Both the position numbers and the translations under genes were made by a program. Below are positions 1 through 11,424 of a stretch of 35,895 nt of DNA, one piece after another. Position 1 is the first letter of the stretch, and every line of letters starts with the position of its first letter. The DNA is from Octopus bimaculoides (Eukaryota). Location of the stretch: assembly GCF_001194135.2 (NCBI RefSeq), contig NC_068981.1:29282834-29318728 (forward strand), read 5' to 3'. The notes below the pieces were generated by a model, which was not told where the DNA came from, made no database searches, and worked only from the letters and a program-made list of their open reading frames with translations.

Positions 1-494
1 ATATATATATAGGTGAATGAACATCTAGTTTAGCAGGTATATATTTATGCGTCCTTGTGTTCTGTGTATATGCTTGTGTGTGTGCGTGTGTGTGTGTGTG
101 TGTGTGCACGTATGTGTATTAGCGAACATTAGATAACAACGCAATCGAATCGATGAACATTTTTTTGTGCATAGCTCAAAAGGATTTTGCAGCAAGTACA
201 AGAACGTCACATGGACAAATGCATTCTGATAATAGGATATTTGCGAAGCTGCCCCGGCCCCACTCCCTATATCACCTTCTGTTTTTCTATCTCCCTCACT
301 TCCATATTCACTCTTTTTCTCTTTCATTTGTGTCTTCGCATCTCTGCATGAATATGTGTGTATATGTATCTCACTCCACTCTCATTTCTCACTCCTACAT
401 CTCTCTCTGTCTTTCTCTGTCTGTCTCTTACTTCCTACTTTTGCGTTCTCTCACTCCCTTTCTTTTTATGTCACTGCATGGAGTTCTCTCTCTC

Positions 495-527
<33 letters not shown>

Positions 528-580
528 CTCTCTCATTTTTTTAATCTTCCTCTCTCTCCGCGCGCGTGTGTTTGCAAAAA

Positions 581-597
581 ATGGTAAACCAGACAAG
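581..597 (+). CDS. Candidate first coding exon (MVNQT+), unidentified gene
   Basis: aaaaATGG start context at 581, followed by a strong donor AG|gtaagc at 598. It lies downstream of a long CT-rich tract. No homology recognised. Confidence 0.3.
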
Positions 598-741
598 GTA
601 AGCTTCAATTTGATGGAGAAAACGCATAAAAGAATTATAGTATATAATAAAAAACAAACAAGAATTAAAAATAAATTGAAATAGTGAAACAGATATCTAC
701 TTCGAAACAAAAACCCAAACCTAGCAATAATTATAAAAACA

Positions 742-956
742 ATCCTTTCTGCAACAAGCACAAGACCAGAAATTTTAGGGAGGCGGGTAGCTGCTTTCAT
801 CGGTGCCAGTCCATAACTGGTACTTCTTCCATCGACCGCGAAAAGATAAAAGGCAACGTCGACCTCGGGAGAATTTGAACAGAGAACATTAGGACGAACG
901 AAATGCCTATGAGCATTTTGCAGGACGTGCTAACGATTCTGTTAGCTCGCCGCCTT
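742..956 (-). mobile_element. tRNA-derived SINE, family A
   Basis: Reverse complement starts aaggcggcgagctaacagaatcgttagca (A-box-like) and has gttcaaattc (B-box-like); colinear with the 1239-1452 copy. Confidence 0.9.
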
Positions 957-1134
957 CATAATAATAATAATAATAATAATGGACTCTCCCGTCAAAGACG
1001 ACGCATGAGTGCTTAGCTCTGTGCCGAACGACCTGCACAAATGATTCGCTTATAGTGATCAAATGATTGTGCCGCACATTAGCTCACTCTCTCTACAGCA
1101 AATCGACGTTATCTGAACGGGTGTGCTGTGTACC

Positions 1135-1630
1135 ACGTGTCAAATGTCAATTGCCAATTATTGTTGGGTCCTTGGGCGCAGTATCAGAAGATATCAATAA
1201 GAATATAAAGTATATAAAGGCATCTATAAGAATATATAAACGGCGAGCTGACAGAATCGTTAGCATGCCGGGAAAAATGCTTAGTTATATTTCGTCTGTC
1301 TTTACGTTCTGAGTTCAAAATCCGTCGAAGTTGACTTTCCCTTTTATCCTTTCGGGGTCGATAAATTAAGTACTAGTTGCATACTAGGGTCGATGTAATC
1401 GACTGGCCCGCTCCCCCAAAATTTCGGGCCTTGTGTCTAGAGTAGAAAAGATAAAAATATAAAGGAAAGGGGAATAGACTTCCCAGTAGAACTGTTGCAA
1501 AAGCTTTAGGAATAATCAGGAAAAGTATTAGGTAGTTGAAAAGAACATATAGCAGGGTACTGTAGGCTACGCATGCAAGACTCCAGGAGTTACAACAAAA
1601 CCGGAGATAAAAAGAATAATAATAAAAAAA
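1135..1630 (+). mobile_element. 3' end of an RLE-type non-LTR retrotransposon (R2/NeSL/R4 group), interrupted by a SINE
   Basis: Removing 1211-1464 gives in-frame VKCQLPIIVGSLGAVSEDINKNIKERGIDFPVELLQK, then a frameshifted GIIRK-like end. This matches the IIVGALG...LQK...ILRKVL C-terminus typical of RLE LINEs. An (AAT)n/A tail follows near 1612-1630. Confidence 0.7.
1239..1452 (+). mobile_element. tRNA-derived SINE, family A (full length)
   Basis: ggcgagctgacagaatcgttagc head, B-box gagttcaaaatcc, body cctttcggggtcgataaattaagtac. Flanked by a 14-bp target-site duplication at 1197-1210 and 1451-1464. Confidence 0.92.
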
Positions 1631-1897
1631 TGGCCTAGGACAAACACCCTTCAGAGAACCATCATAGTTTCCTGCTCCCTTGTTCTGAAAGCTTTAAGAT
1701 TCCACCCGGTCAGCCAGATGGATTCTAGAACCTCCCTTTAGAGATTCATAAGATGAATAAATGTTCACACTGGGGTATATGCAGTGACAGTTCAACCAAC
1801 ACAACAACTCAGCCACATATTTACAAACACCGAGAATTCTCTTGACACAAAATGTCCTGTCGCTTTCTTAGCAACCGGCTTCAACTCTCTGAAGAGC

Positions 1898-1933
<36 letters not shown>

Positions 1934-1938
<5 letters not shown>

Positions 1939-2095
1939 GGCGTGGCTCTCTAGTGAGAACTTTGCTCCCCATCCAAATGGCTCCGAGCTCAGTCTCTCTG
2001 TGTTGCACCTTGGGCAAGTGTCTTCTACTATTGCATCGAGCCGATCAGTCTAGTAGGTGGATTTGGTGACTGGAAACTGAAACAAGCCCGTCGTA
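1934..2095 (+). mobile_element. tRNA-derived SINE, family B (3'-truncated), embedded in (TG)n
   Basis: Shares tgggcaagtgtcttctact...ggatttggt...ggaaactgaaa.aagcccgtcgtat with 18411-18826. Confidence 0.85.
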
Positions 2096-2374
2096 TTTTG
2101 CGTGTATGTGTGTGTGTGTGTGTGTGTTTGTGTATGTGTGTGTGTGTGTATACATAGATATAAAGGTACTTATAGAGATACAAACTTGTATATACATATA
2201 TATATATATGTGTGTGTGTGTGGAGAGAGAGAGAGGGGGGGAATGGATAAAAATGTATACGTACGTGTGTATCTGTGTGTGACTGAGTGAGTGTGTGTGT
2301 GCGCGCGCACATGAATGTGTGCATATTTTATACATCTGCCTATAACGGAGATAAGACCCAATTTGTTCGCTGGA

Positions 2375-2382
2375 TGACGTCA
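2375..2382. promoter_or_regulatory. Perfect CRE palindrome TGACGTCA
   Basis: Exact 8-mer present; function unsupported beyond nearby promoter-like context. Confidence 0.2.
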
Positions 2383-3409
2383 AGCACGCTACTTGCGTAA
2401 AATGTTAACTCAAAGTAGAAAAAAAAAAACGAACAGTATATAATAAAGATACTACAGTTGACTGACCGCGCTGGGAGCGAGCGAGGGAGAGATATAAAAG
2501 TAAAGATACGAATAGAAAATATTTGGAGAGTTGGAGACAATATCAGTTACTGAGATGTAAAAGCGTGATAAAGGTAGACAGAAATTGAGTGTCAGAGAGA
2601 CAGAGAGAGGAAGAGAGTAAGTATAAAATTCACTTCGTACATACGATGATGGAGACGAATACATTGAAGCTACATAAGATGTTCAGGTTATATAATTGCT
2701 CTCTTTTTTCTTGGCTGTTTCTGTTTTTGATCTTTATTTTTTGTTTTTTGTTTTTTGACATCACTATCTCACCATCTCTAACAACACTCAACACTTTGTA
2801 CTCATAAATCCCAAGTTTGAAGATATAAACAATAAATAAATAATTAAAACTATACGTCCAGAGCGAAGTGAAAAAAAAAAAGGAAATAGTACGGCAAGAG
2901 TAGACACTGGTAAGAGATTGCGTCAGCCCAATGCTTGAACGTAACAGCAAGAAGAAGAAGAATACTTTGGTTCAAAAGAAGGAAGAAAATATAGGATAAA
3001 AAAGAAAACGACAAATCTATGCTAGGATGCTTAAACCGCATCAAGTAGAGAATATCAACAACGCAAAAAGGTTGCACTCACCCAGAATATATTTTACCAT
3101 GTTTTATGCCGCTGTAAAGGAAAGTTGAATACAGTATATATATTCCAATATGTGCGTGTGTGTGCATATCAATATGAAAACGTATACATGTATACATAGT
3201 TGTATACATTTACATATACATCTTTATATGTAAATATGCAGTTATGTGTGTGCGTGACGGAGAGAGAGAGCGTGTGTATTTGTAAATTTTTTGTTTGTTT
3301 TTACTAATTTTAGTCACTTGACTGCCGCCCTCCTGGGGTACGACCTTCATGCTTTTTAAATATTTTTTGAGAGGATTAAGCTTCTTGAGATTCTTAAAAC
3401 TAAATATCG

Positions 3410-3613
3410 GTTTCAAATTTTGGCACGAGGCCAGGGAGAGGGTAAGTCGAGAACATCGACCCCCAGCACTCAACTGCTACTTATTTTTATCGACCCCTAA
3501 GAGATGAGAAATAAAGTCGACCTGTCCGGAATTTAAATTCAGAATGAGAAGACGGACGAAATTCCGCTAAGCATTTTGCCTGGCGGGCTAACCACTCTGC
3601 CAGCTCACTGCTT
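3410..3613 (-). mobile_element. SINE family A
   Basis: ttatcgacccc...aaagtcgacctg...gaatttaaattcag...gacggacgaaat...ctgccagctcactgc is the reverse complement of the family A layout. Confidence 0.9.
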
Positions 3614-4732
3614 TGTCTCTTCAAACTAAATATTGAACAAGAATTAACTTAATGGCTACCGATCTTTCTTGCGTGTAATCCTGTATAGTTGTCTGTTCCG
3701 TTGTTCTAGTTAGAAATATACCCTGGGCAGAACACAAGAATGTGTGCATGTCCTCGCAAGAAAATTTTCTCTATATTGAAGTTGGTAGTATCTTCTAGCT
3801 TGTGCATTAAAGTATCTTTCAATGCGAACTTTGGGAAAGGCCTTTTAGAATCCTCTATGAAAAAATAATTCAGTTTTCTCAGTGTTTCTGAAGCGAAGAG
3901 GAAGGTAGGGCTTTAGGATTTTTCTCGTAAATAAAGCTTTTAACTGAAGTAATTTTATGAGTGGATGTTTTCTGGAATATCTCAAATTCTTGAGTGAGAC
4001 CGACTGTAACAATCTATAGCTGTGGATTGGAAGAAATGTACATACGTAAGACAGCGCATCTTTCAATATTTGTTCTGGCTTTTTGATATCTTAATTAAAA
4101 CATCAGACTTGTTAATATTATTGCTTCATACGTACGTTCACTATTTCGGGTGCTTGGTAACCTGCATTGGGTGTTCCAAAAGCATTTGAATGGTTAACAA
4201 AAACAGATCATTAGGAAACACTTAGTGAGTAGACAGAACTCATCGACTGACTGATCTCTGCTAATTGCACATAAGGTGCTTTCTAGCAAGTACATTGAAC
4301 AGGTTTCTGGCTTGAGAATATATTCGTTCAACTCTCAGAGTCTCTGCCAATGAACATGGGCATCACCTTCTCTCATAACCCCCACAAAAATGATTAAATA
4401 TAATCGTAAACCTTATATATGTATATACATTAATGTGAGTTTAGAGAGATATATTAACCGGGCGGATACCGTGGTATCTCTCAGTTATGTTCCAGATTAC
4501 GGCTAACAGCATCGAACCAAGCTAGTTGAAAGACCTGGAAATAAATTCTGAGGGTGTACCAGTCTCCATATTCTCTACCATTATAATTATTGCAATCATA
4601 CACTCCAGATAATATCATCATCCAGTAAAGCGAACCCGAAATTAGCCATGGGAGGAATTTACAACATGAATGACAATTTTAGAAATAATACATTTCTAAA
4701 TCTCTCAGAGAGATTTATGCAGTAGTGATACG

Positions 4733-5031
4733 ATGAAGTAGTTGTATGCTGTCAACTTAATGTGAGAGTCCCCTGAAAGGAATAATACTACTGTTATCTT
4801 CGACTAGCAGGTCATGCTACTCCAGACTGATGACGATCAAACACCCAGAAACATGTCTCTGGATGCAGGATTAGCTGGGTAGAGGTGCTCGTCTCACCCT
4901 CGTAAACGTAAGGACATAGGAAATGTGTCAAGGCCAACAGGAAGCGGTGCAGCTTCCTAGGTCTAACCAACAGTAGTATTATTCCCTTCAGGAGACTGTC
5001 ACATTAAGTTGACAGCATACAACTACTTCAT
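4733..5031. mobile_element. 299-bp fold-back/MITE-like element with 63-bp terminal inverted repeats
   Basis: 4733-4795 and the reverse complement of 4969-5031 match at 60 of 63 positions; no coding capacity. Confidence 0.85.
4821..4863 (+). ncRNA. Minimal type I hammerhead-like motif with decayed stem II
   Basis: TCCAGA-CTGATGA-(14 nt)-GAAAC-AT-GTC-TCTGGA: 6-bp stem I, intact core, palindromic ACATGT stem III; stem II does not pair well. Confidence 0.5.
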
Positions 5032-5199
5032 GAATGACAATTCCTAATAGTTAAATACTAATCGATGCCGTTAGCCTTAATCTGGAACATAACTGAAAGC
5101 TACCAGGGTACCTGCCTGGTTAATACATCCCTATAAACTCACATTAACATGTGTATGTGCGTGTATGGGTGTATGGGTGTGCGTGCGTATGTGTGTGTG

Positions 5200-5253
<54 letters not shown>

Positions 5254-5704
5254 NNNNNNNNNNNNNNNNNNNNNNNNNNNNNNNNNNNNNNNNNNNNNNN
5301 NNNNNNNNNNNNNNNNNNNNNNNNNNNNNNNNNNNNNNNNNNNNNNNNNNNNNNNNNNNNNNNNNNNNNNNNNNNNNNNNNNNNNNNNNNNNNNNNNNNN
5401 NNNNNNNNNNNNNNNNNNNNNNNNNNNNNNNNNNNNNNNNNNNNNNNNNNNNNNNNNNNNNNNNNNNNNNNNNNNNNNNNNNNNNNNNNNNNNNNNNNNN
5501 NNNNNNNNNNNNNNNNNNNNNNNNNNNNNNNNNNNNNNNNNNNNNNNNNNNNNNNNNNNNNNNNNNNNNNNNNNNNNNNNNNNNNNNNNNNNNNNNNNNN
5601 NNNNNNNNNNNNNNNNNNNNNNNNNNNNNNNNNNNNNNNNNNNNNNNNNNNNNNNNNNNNNNNNNNNNNNNNNNNNNNNNNNNNNNNNNNNNNNNNNNNN
5701 NNNN

Positions 5705-5749
<45 letters not shown>

Positions 5750-5994
5750 TATCAAGGTAAAACACTAGATTACAATCCTGGATTTTCAGTTGGGTGTATC
5801 CCTGTTAAATTACGTCGTGATATAATTACTATGAGATGTGATAGCCGGTTTCTCAGCTGGAGTGCTTACCGTGAATTCCACTTGATGCACCGAATTTCGT
5901 TAGTACATGTGACAAAAGGAATTTTATTAAAATAACGATAATAGAAAATTTATAGACAGATATATCTGTAGATAGATAGGTAGATATATGGTTG

Positions 5995-6146
5995 AATGTA
6001 TGTATGTATCTGTGTATGTATGTACGTATGTATGTATGTGTGTATGCATGTATGTATGCATGCATGTATGTATGTATGTATGTATGTATGTATGTATGTA
6101 TGTATGTATGTATGTATGTATGTATGTATGTAGCTAGCTAGCTAGC

Positions 6147-6230
<84 letters not shown>
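5995..6230. repeat. Compound microsatellite (TATG)n-(TAGC)n-(GATA)n
   Basis: Direct reading of the sequence. Confidence 0.95.
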
Positions 6231-6231
<1 letters not shown>

Positions 6232-6552
6232 TGATCGACACTTGTGTGCCGCACAGGATACACACACACGGACAGAAACACACACACACACACACATACA
6301 CACACACACAAACACACACACATACACACACACACATGTACTGTTATGTAGGTTTTTATGTTTGTGTTTCGGGGTTTGTTTTGTTTATGAGGTACTATGT
6401 ATAGAATATACACATGTAAAGCCAGCATGTTTAAACATGTATCTCCTTTGTATTGTATACTTGAAATCATCCAATTTCCGTTCGACTTTCGGCAGAGACG
6501 TTGTCATAGTTGTAGCTAATTTAATAGATTTAGATTTTTTTTTTTTTTTCAG

Positions 6553-6574
6553 AACATTTTGTGAAAATGACTTG
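6553..6574 (+). CDS. Candidate 22-nt microexon (R)TFCENDL
   Basis: Long poly-T + CAG acceptor, TTG|gtgagc donor, and branch-point-like gctaat upstream. In frame with the 581-597 exon, giving MVNQTRTFCENDL. Confidence 0.3.
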
Positions 6575-7197
6575 GTGAGCAGTTGAATTAATATGTGGTT
6601 NNNNNNNNNNNNNNNNNNNNNNNNNNNNNNNNNNNNNNNNNNNNNNNNNNNNNNNNNNNNNNNNNNNNNNNNNNNNNNNNNNNNNNNNNNNNNNNNNNNN
6701 NNNNNNNNNNNNNNNNNNNNNNNNNNNNNNNNNNNNNNNNNNNNNNNNNNNNNNNNNNNNNNNNNNNNNNNNNNNNNNNNNNNNNNNNNNNNNNNNNNNN
6801 NNNNNNNNNNNNNNNNNNNNNNNNNNNNNNNNNNNNNNNNNNNNNNNNNNNNNNNNNNNNNNNNNNNNNNNNNNNNNNNNNNNNNNNNNNNNNNNNNNNN
6901 NNNNNNNNNNNNNNNNNNNNNNNNNNNNNNNNNNNNNNNNNNNNNNNNNNNNNNNNNNNNNNNNNNNNNNNNNNNNNNNNNNNNNNNNNNNNNNNNNNNN
7001 NNNNNNNNNNNNNNNNNNNNNNNNNNNNNNNNNNNNNNNNNNNNNNNNNNNNNNNNNNNNNNNNNNNNNNNNNNNNNNNNNNNNNNNNNNNNNNNNNNNN
7101 NNNNNNNNNNNNNNNNNNNNNNNNNNNNNNNNNNNNNNNNNNNNNNNNNNNNNNNNNNNNNNNNNNNNNNNNNNNNNNNNNNNNNNNNNNNNNNNNN

Positions 7198-7241
<44 letters not shown>

Positions 7242-7296
7242 GCTGCTTTGAGTTTTCGACTATAGAATCCACTCATAAGATTTTAACGAGCTCGAT

Positions 7297-7358
7297 GTGA
7301 GAGTAGAAACACTTGACCAAGGTGCCACACAGTTTGGATTGAACCCAAAACCATATAC
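7297..7358 (-). mobile_element. SINE family B head fragment
   Basis: Reverse complement reads atggttttgggttcaatccaaactgtgtggcaccttggtcaagtgtttctact, matching the family B head. Confidence 0.6.
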
Positions 7359-8029
7359 ATTTGTTTGTATGTATGAATGTAGGTATGTATGTATGTATAT
7401 ATGTATGTATGTATTACAGTTACAATAGCACAAAAGAGTGTTGAGGCATAGACAAATTTTAGGTTAGTTGAAATATGTTTGTTAACATTTCAACTGTTAA
7501 AGGCAAATTCACTGCAGTTACCGTGGAAGAAAATTCTATCTTATGCTAAAAAGGTGTAAAAACACCTTATCTTCCCAGAGTCACCACCAATCTGATTCCC
7601 AGACATCGATGTTTCTAGCTTTTTAGTCGTTATCAATGGGATATACTTAAGGGAAGCAACACTGGATAGACTTTATCAAAGCTATGGTTTGACTATAAAA
7701 TAGTCTACAACGTTGACTGATTTGCGCCGGTAGACCAACACGGTCGTGGAAATTACTGTAATATCAGCCAGCGCCTGGCCGTCTTTGGGACTATGCAGAC
7801 CTTAGGTTAGTTAAAATATGTTTGTGTCGTGAACAGATAAACGGGATCCAAGAAGAATGAAAAAATTTTTTTTTTAATTCATAAAAATTAAAAAATGATA
7901 AATAAAATTTAAAATTTATTCACTTTTAACACATGTTAACATGATAAACATAAATAATAATAGATATTTAATTTTGGGAGGTTTGTATAAAACTTGATGC
8001 TAAAATTAGGCACTAGCCTTTCAGAACTT

Positions 8030-8440
8030 TCCATTTATCTCGCGTCTTCACTCCAAGGAGTAAAGTAGTTTTGTTTTTAGACTTTCCTTGTAGTTCATCT
8101 GCTGCTCTGTTTTGATCTTTAGTGTAGTAACTTTGGATCGCTTCGAGCTCCGCTGTTAGTTTGGCACTTTAGAGTGACACTATCCCGAGGTGCCTTAGTA
8201 TCCATCTTGTCAGCGGTCTGCACTTTGTTGCCATCTCGGTAATATGCATATGAAATGATGCATTATTACAAATATTGATCCTCGAGTCTCTCATTGTCTG
8301 TGACTCTAGTATTCAAATACCTTCGAGATTTGTATACGCAGGTTGTGGTGCATTTTTGATCTGTTAGCGTCGCGTTTGAAATTTCTCAGCATTAAAGTGT
8401 ACGTTCTTTTGTTCAGCCATCCATGATATAAGCGATAAAT
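8030..8440 (-). mobile_element. CR1-like LINE fragment (post-RT region)
   Basis: Clear nucleotide homology to 21780-22150 (e.g. ggtaat.tgcatatgaaatgat...tgatcctc.agt.tctca.tgtctgtga; catctgctgctctgtt). Confidence 0.75.
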
Positions 8441-8595
8441 ATAACAAGGTATTTTAAATAGATAGGAATATATATTATCTAATACATACATACATACATA
8501 CATACATACATGCATACACACTCACACAAACACACACAGGCATATGCATATGTATATGTATGTGTGTGTGTGTGCTTATATATATGTGTGTGTGT

Positions 8596-8827
8596 TATTT
8601 CTTTACTACCGACAAGGGACTGCACACAGAGGGGACAAACAAGGACAGACAAACGGATTAAGTTGATTATATCGACCCCAATGCGTAACTGGTACTTGTT
8701 TAATCGACCCCGAAAGGATAAAAGGCAAAGTCGACCTCGCGGAATTTGAACTCAGATCGTAGCGGCAGACGAAATAACGCTAAGCATTACGCCCGGAGTG
8801 CTAACGATTCGGCCAGCTCGCCGCCTT
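8596..8827 (-). mobile_element. SINE family A (variant 3' end)
   Basis: atcgaccccgaaaggataaaaggcaaagtcgacctcgcggaatttgaactcag...gccagctcgccgcctt. Confidence 0.92.
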
Positions 8828-9990
8828 ATCGTGTGTGTGTGTGTGTGTNNNNNNNNNNGTGTGCGTGTGTGTGTGTGTATGTGTGTGTGTATGTGTGTGT
8901 GTGTGTGTGTGTGTGTACAGGATTCTTGTACGCAAGAGTCGTATGTACATTGCCAGTCGAAGCAATCCGCTAACATAATATGAAACATTGATTTGTAGAT
9001 TAGGAAAACGTAAAGTAATGACTTTGATTTATCATGTATATCGGCCGATGAAACTAATAATGCTAATAAGTATAAAATAGAACTTCCAGATAAATCTGTC
9101 GCTCGTTTATCACCGTTAAATTCATCTTCACCAGTTAGATTGCCGGACCGCTTCAAGAATTGCTTTCATCACTCAGTTACTTTTATTTATATATATATAT
9201 TTTTACTTTTACGCAAAAGAAGATGTAGTATTAACAAACGCCCTAACATATGGAAAAACTAAAATAATAGAAACAATGAAAAGATAGAACACAGACAGTT
9301 ACGTTATATAATTCGAAATATCACGTACTGAAGAAACTGTATTTGGATGGCTATTATAAACTAAATCTATTAATATTTAATATATTTAAACATAGTCGTC
9401 GAATATGTCAGATAGAAGAAATATGCGTAATATTTTCTTTCTTACACAGAGCGGAAGGCAAACTTTTGCAGAACAGAACTGTTGGTTCAATCGCTGTATA
9501 TTATAAATGCTTGTTTCCAACAACTAGGTGAAATAAGATTTTGATCTGGAGAAATTTCAATTGAAAACATGGAACACAAATCTTAGTTACTGATTCGATA
9601 TTTAGCCAATGGCTTTTACTTCACTACATCCCATCTATATAATATTGTTTGTAAAACAAATTGAGACACTTCATAAAGAAAATCCTAACTTTGTATGTTT
9701 CGAGCAATATCCAATGTATGTAGCATTGCCAATGTTGCTCATAGGTTGCTCGTATTCATAAAACAATTCACTGCATCCTGTATGTGTGGCTGTGTGTTTC
9801 GAAGTTTAAGATGTACGACAAACTACTAGTATTTAGAACACCATGTGTATTGCCTAATATCAGAACAGAGACTGTGTGATCAATTGGCTTAAATTTTCTT
9901 GTATCAGTGTGTATGAAGGACGGGATGTATGTATACGGAGAGGAAGACGCCGACAGACAAACATGCAGAAAAATTGATAGAGACACACTC

Positions 9991-10031
<41 letters not shown>

Positions 10032-10320
10032 AATCTACCGCTATCAAAACTTGATTTATCGATCCTAGGAGGATGACAGACACATTTGTGTTCATTGGGA
10101 TTTAAATGCAGGTCATAAAATGCAGTAGAAATTGCCGCAAGCCATGTATCCGGTCATATAACGATTATATCTAAATTAAAGCACTCCTATGTCTCATGTG
10201 CTAATGCGAAAGCCTAAGTAACAGACCAACCTGCTAGACGTAGTGTCTAAATCTCCATTCAATTATATCGTGTCTCTTAAAACGAGATTACATAATTCAT
10301 AATGTAATATTGTTCTCAAG

Positions 10321-10475
10321 GCCAGCAGTGCTCAGCTTGTACTTGTTTAATAGACCTTGAAATGATGAAAGGCGAAGCTGACTTCGACGAAATTTGAACT
10401 TAGGACGCAAAGACAGACGAGATGACATTAAGCATATTGTCCGGCGTTCTAACGATTTTCCCAGCTCGCCATCTT
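10321..10475 (-). mobile_element. SINE family A (partial)
   Basis: gatgaaaggcgaagctgacttcgacgaaatttgaact...ctaacgattttcccagctcgcc. Confidence 0.85.
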
Positions 10476-10654
10476 AACATACAATATGAAATTAGTTATA
10501 TAAAGGCTGGGTGATCACGGTGAGGAAAGTCTTCATCAATAGATCTGCTCGGTTAGGGCTGACGTGGGGGTTATACAGCAACATTACCTCCTAATTATGT
10601 AGCTTACTCCCAGATTTGGGGAAATGCAGTTTAATGGATACACATTACTATATG

Positions 10655-10916
10655 AAGGGTAAAGACCCCCTTGGTCTATGAGTGACTATGGGATTGCACC
10701 TAGAAAGTGCCCCTCCTAGTCACAAGTTCAGGCAAGGTTGTTTATAAAAGACCAGCAGTCACCCATGCATACCAGCCTCCCCTCTCCACGTCATCGATGT
10801 TGTCTGAGGAAAAAGCAAAGGCCGATACAGCTCGACACCAGTGACATCGCAGATCATTTCTACAGCTGAGTGAACTGGAGCAACGTGAAATAAAATGTCT
10901 TGGTCAAGAACACAAC
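10655..10916 (-). mobile_element. tRNA-SINE family C (5'-truncated)
   Basis: Reverse complement contains ttgtgttcttga.caag.ca.tttatttcacgttgctccagttcact.agctgtagaaatga, shared with 30617-30760. Confidence 0.85.
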
Positions 10917-11424
10917 TCACTCTACTATAATTGCAAAATTACTTCATTTTAATATCACAATGTTTAAAGGATACGCTTTGCTATAATTACGAAATTAATC
11001 CATTTTAATATCAAAATCAAATGCATAAATGTTATTTGCATGAGATTTTACTATTTTTTTCCATGAGACGTCTCTTTCGCTTCTGACTTGGTCCTTTTGT
11101 TTTATTAATGTTTCTAAGATGTTGCTTCAATGGACGCATTCTTTCTATCTGACATTGGAGAACTAGGTACGTCCCTGAGGGAAAGATTCCCGTTTCTAGA
11201 AAGCAGCTGACAGGAAGCGGAATTTGAAATCAAAACGCAAAAGAAAATAAAAACAGCTCTAGAACTCCCTTCATGTTTTAAACAGTAGGAAGTGGGATAA
11301 ATTTGTGTATGTGTGCTACCCATCTTTCCCAAACGAACAAATATGAAATAGAAAATTAATCGAAATTATTTACAGTTCTTATTTAGTTCCTCTTCTATCC
11401 TTCACTAAATGTAGAAAGTATGTA

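Noticed and set aside
3780-4070. Possible degenerate LINE RT fragment on minus strand (GF*KAFPKV resembling DFxKAFDxV)
   Set aside because: Similarity is too weak to call by eye.
8752-9156. Minus ORF with a hydrophobic stretch (SSILYLLALLVSSA)
   Set aside because: Runs into microsatellite, gap and SINE; no recognised domain or convincing splice sites.
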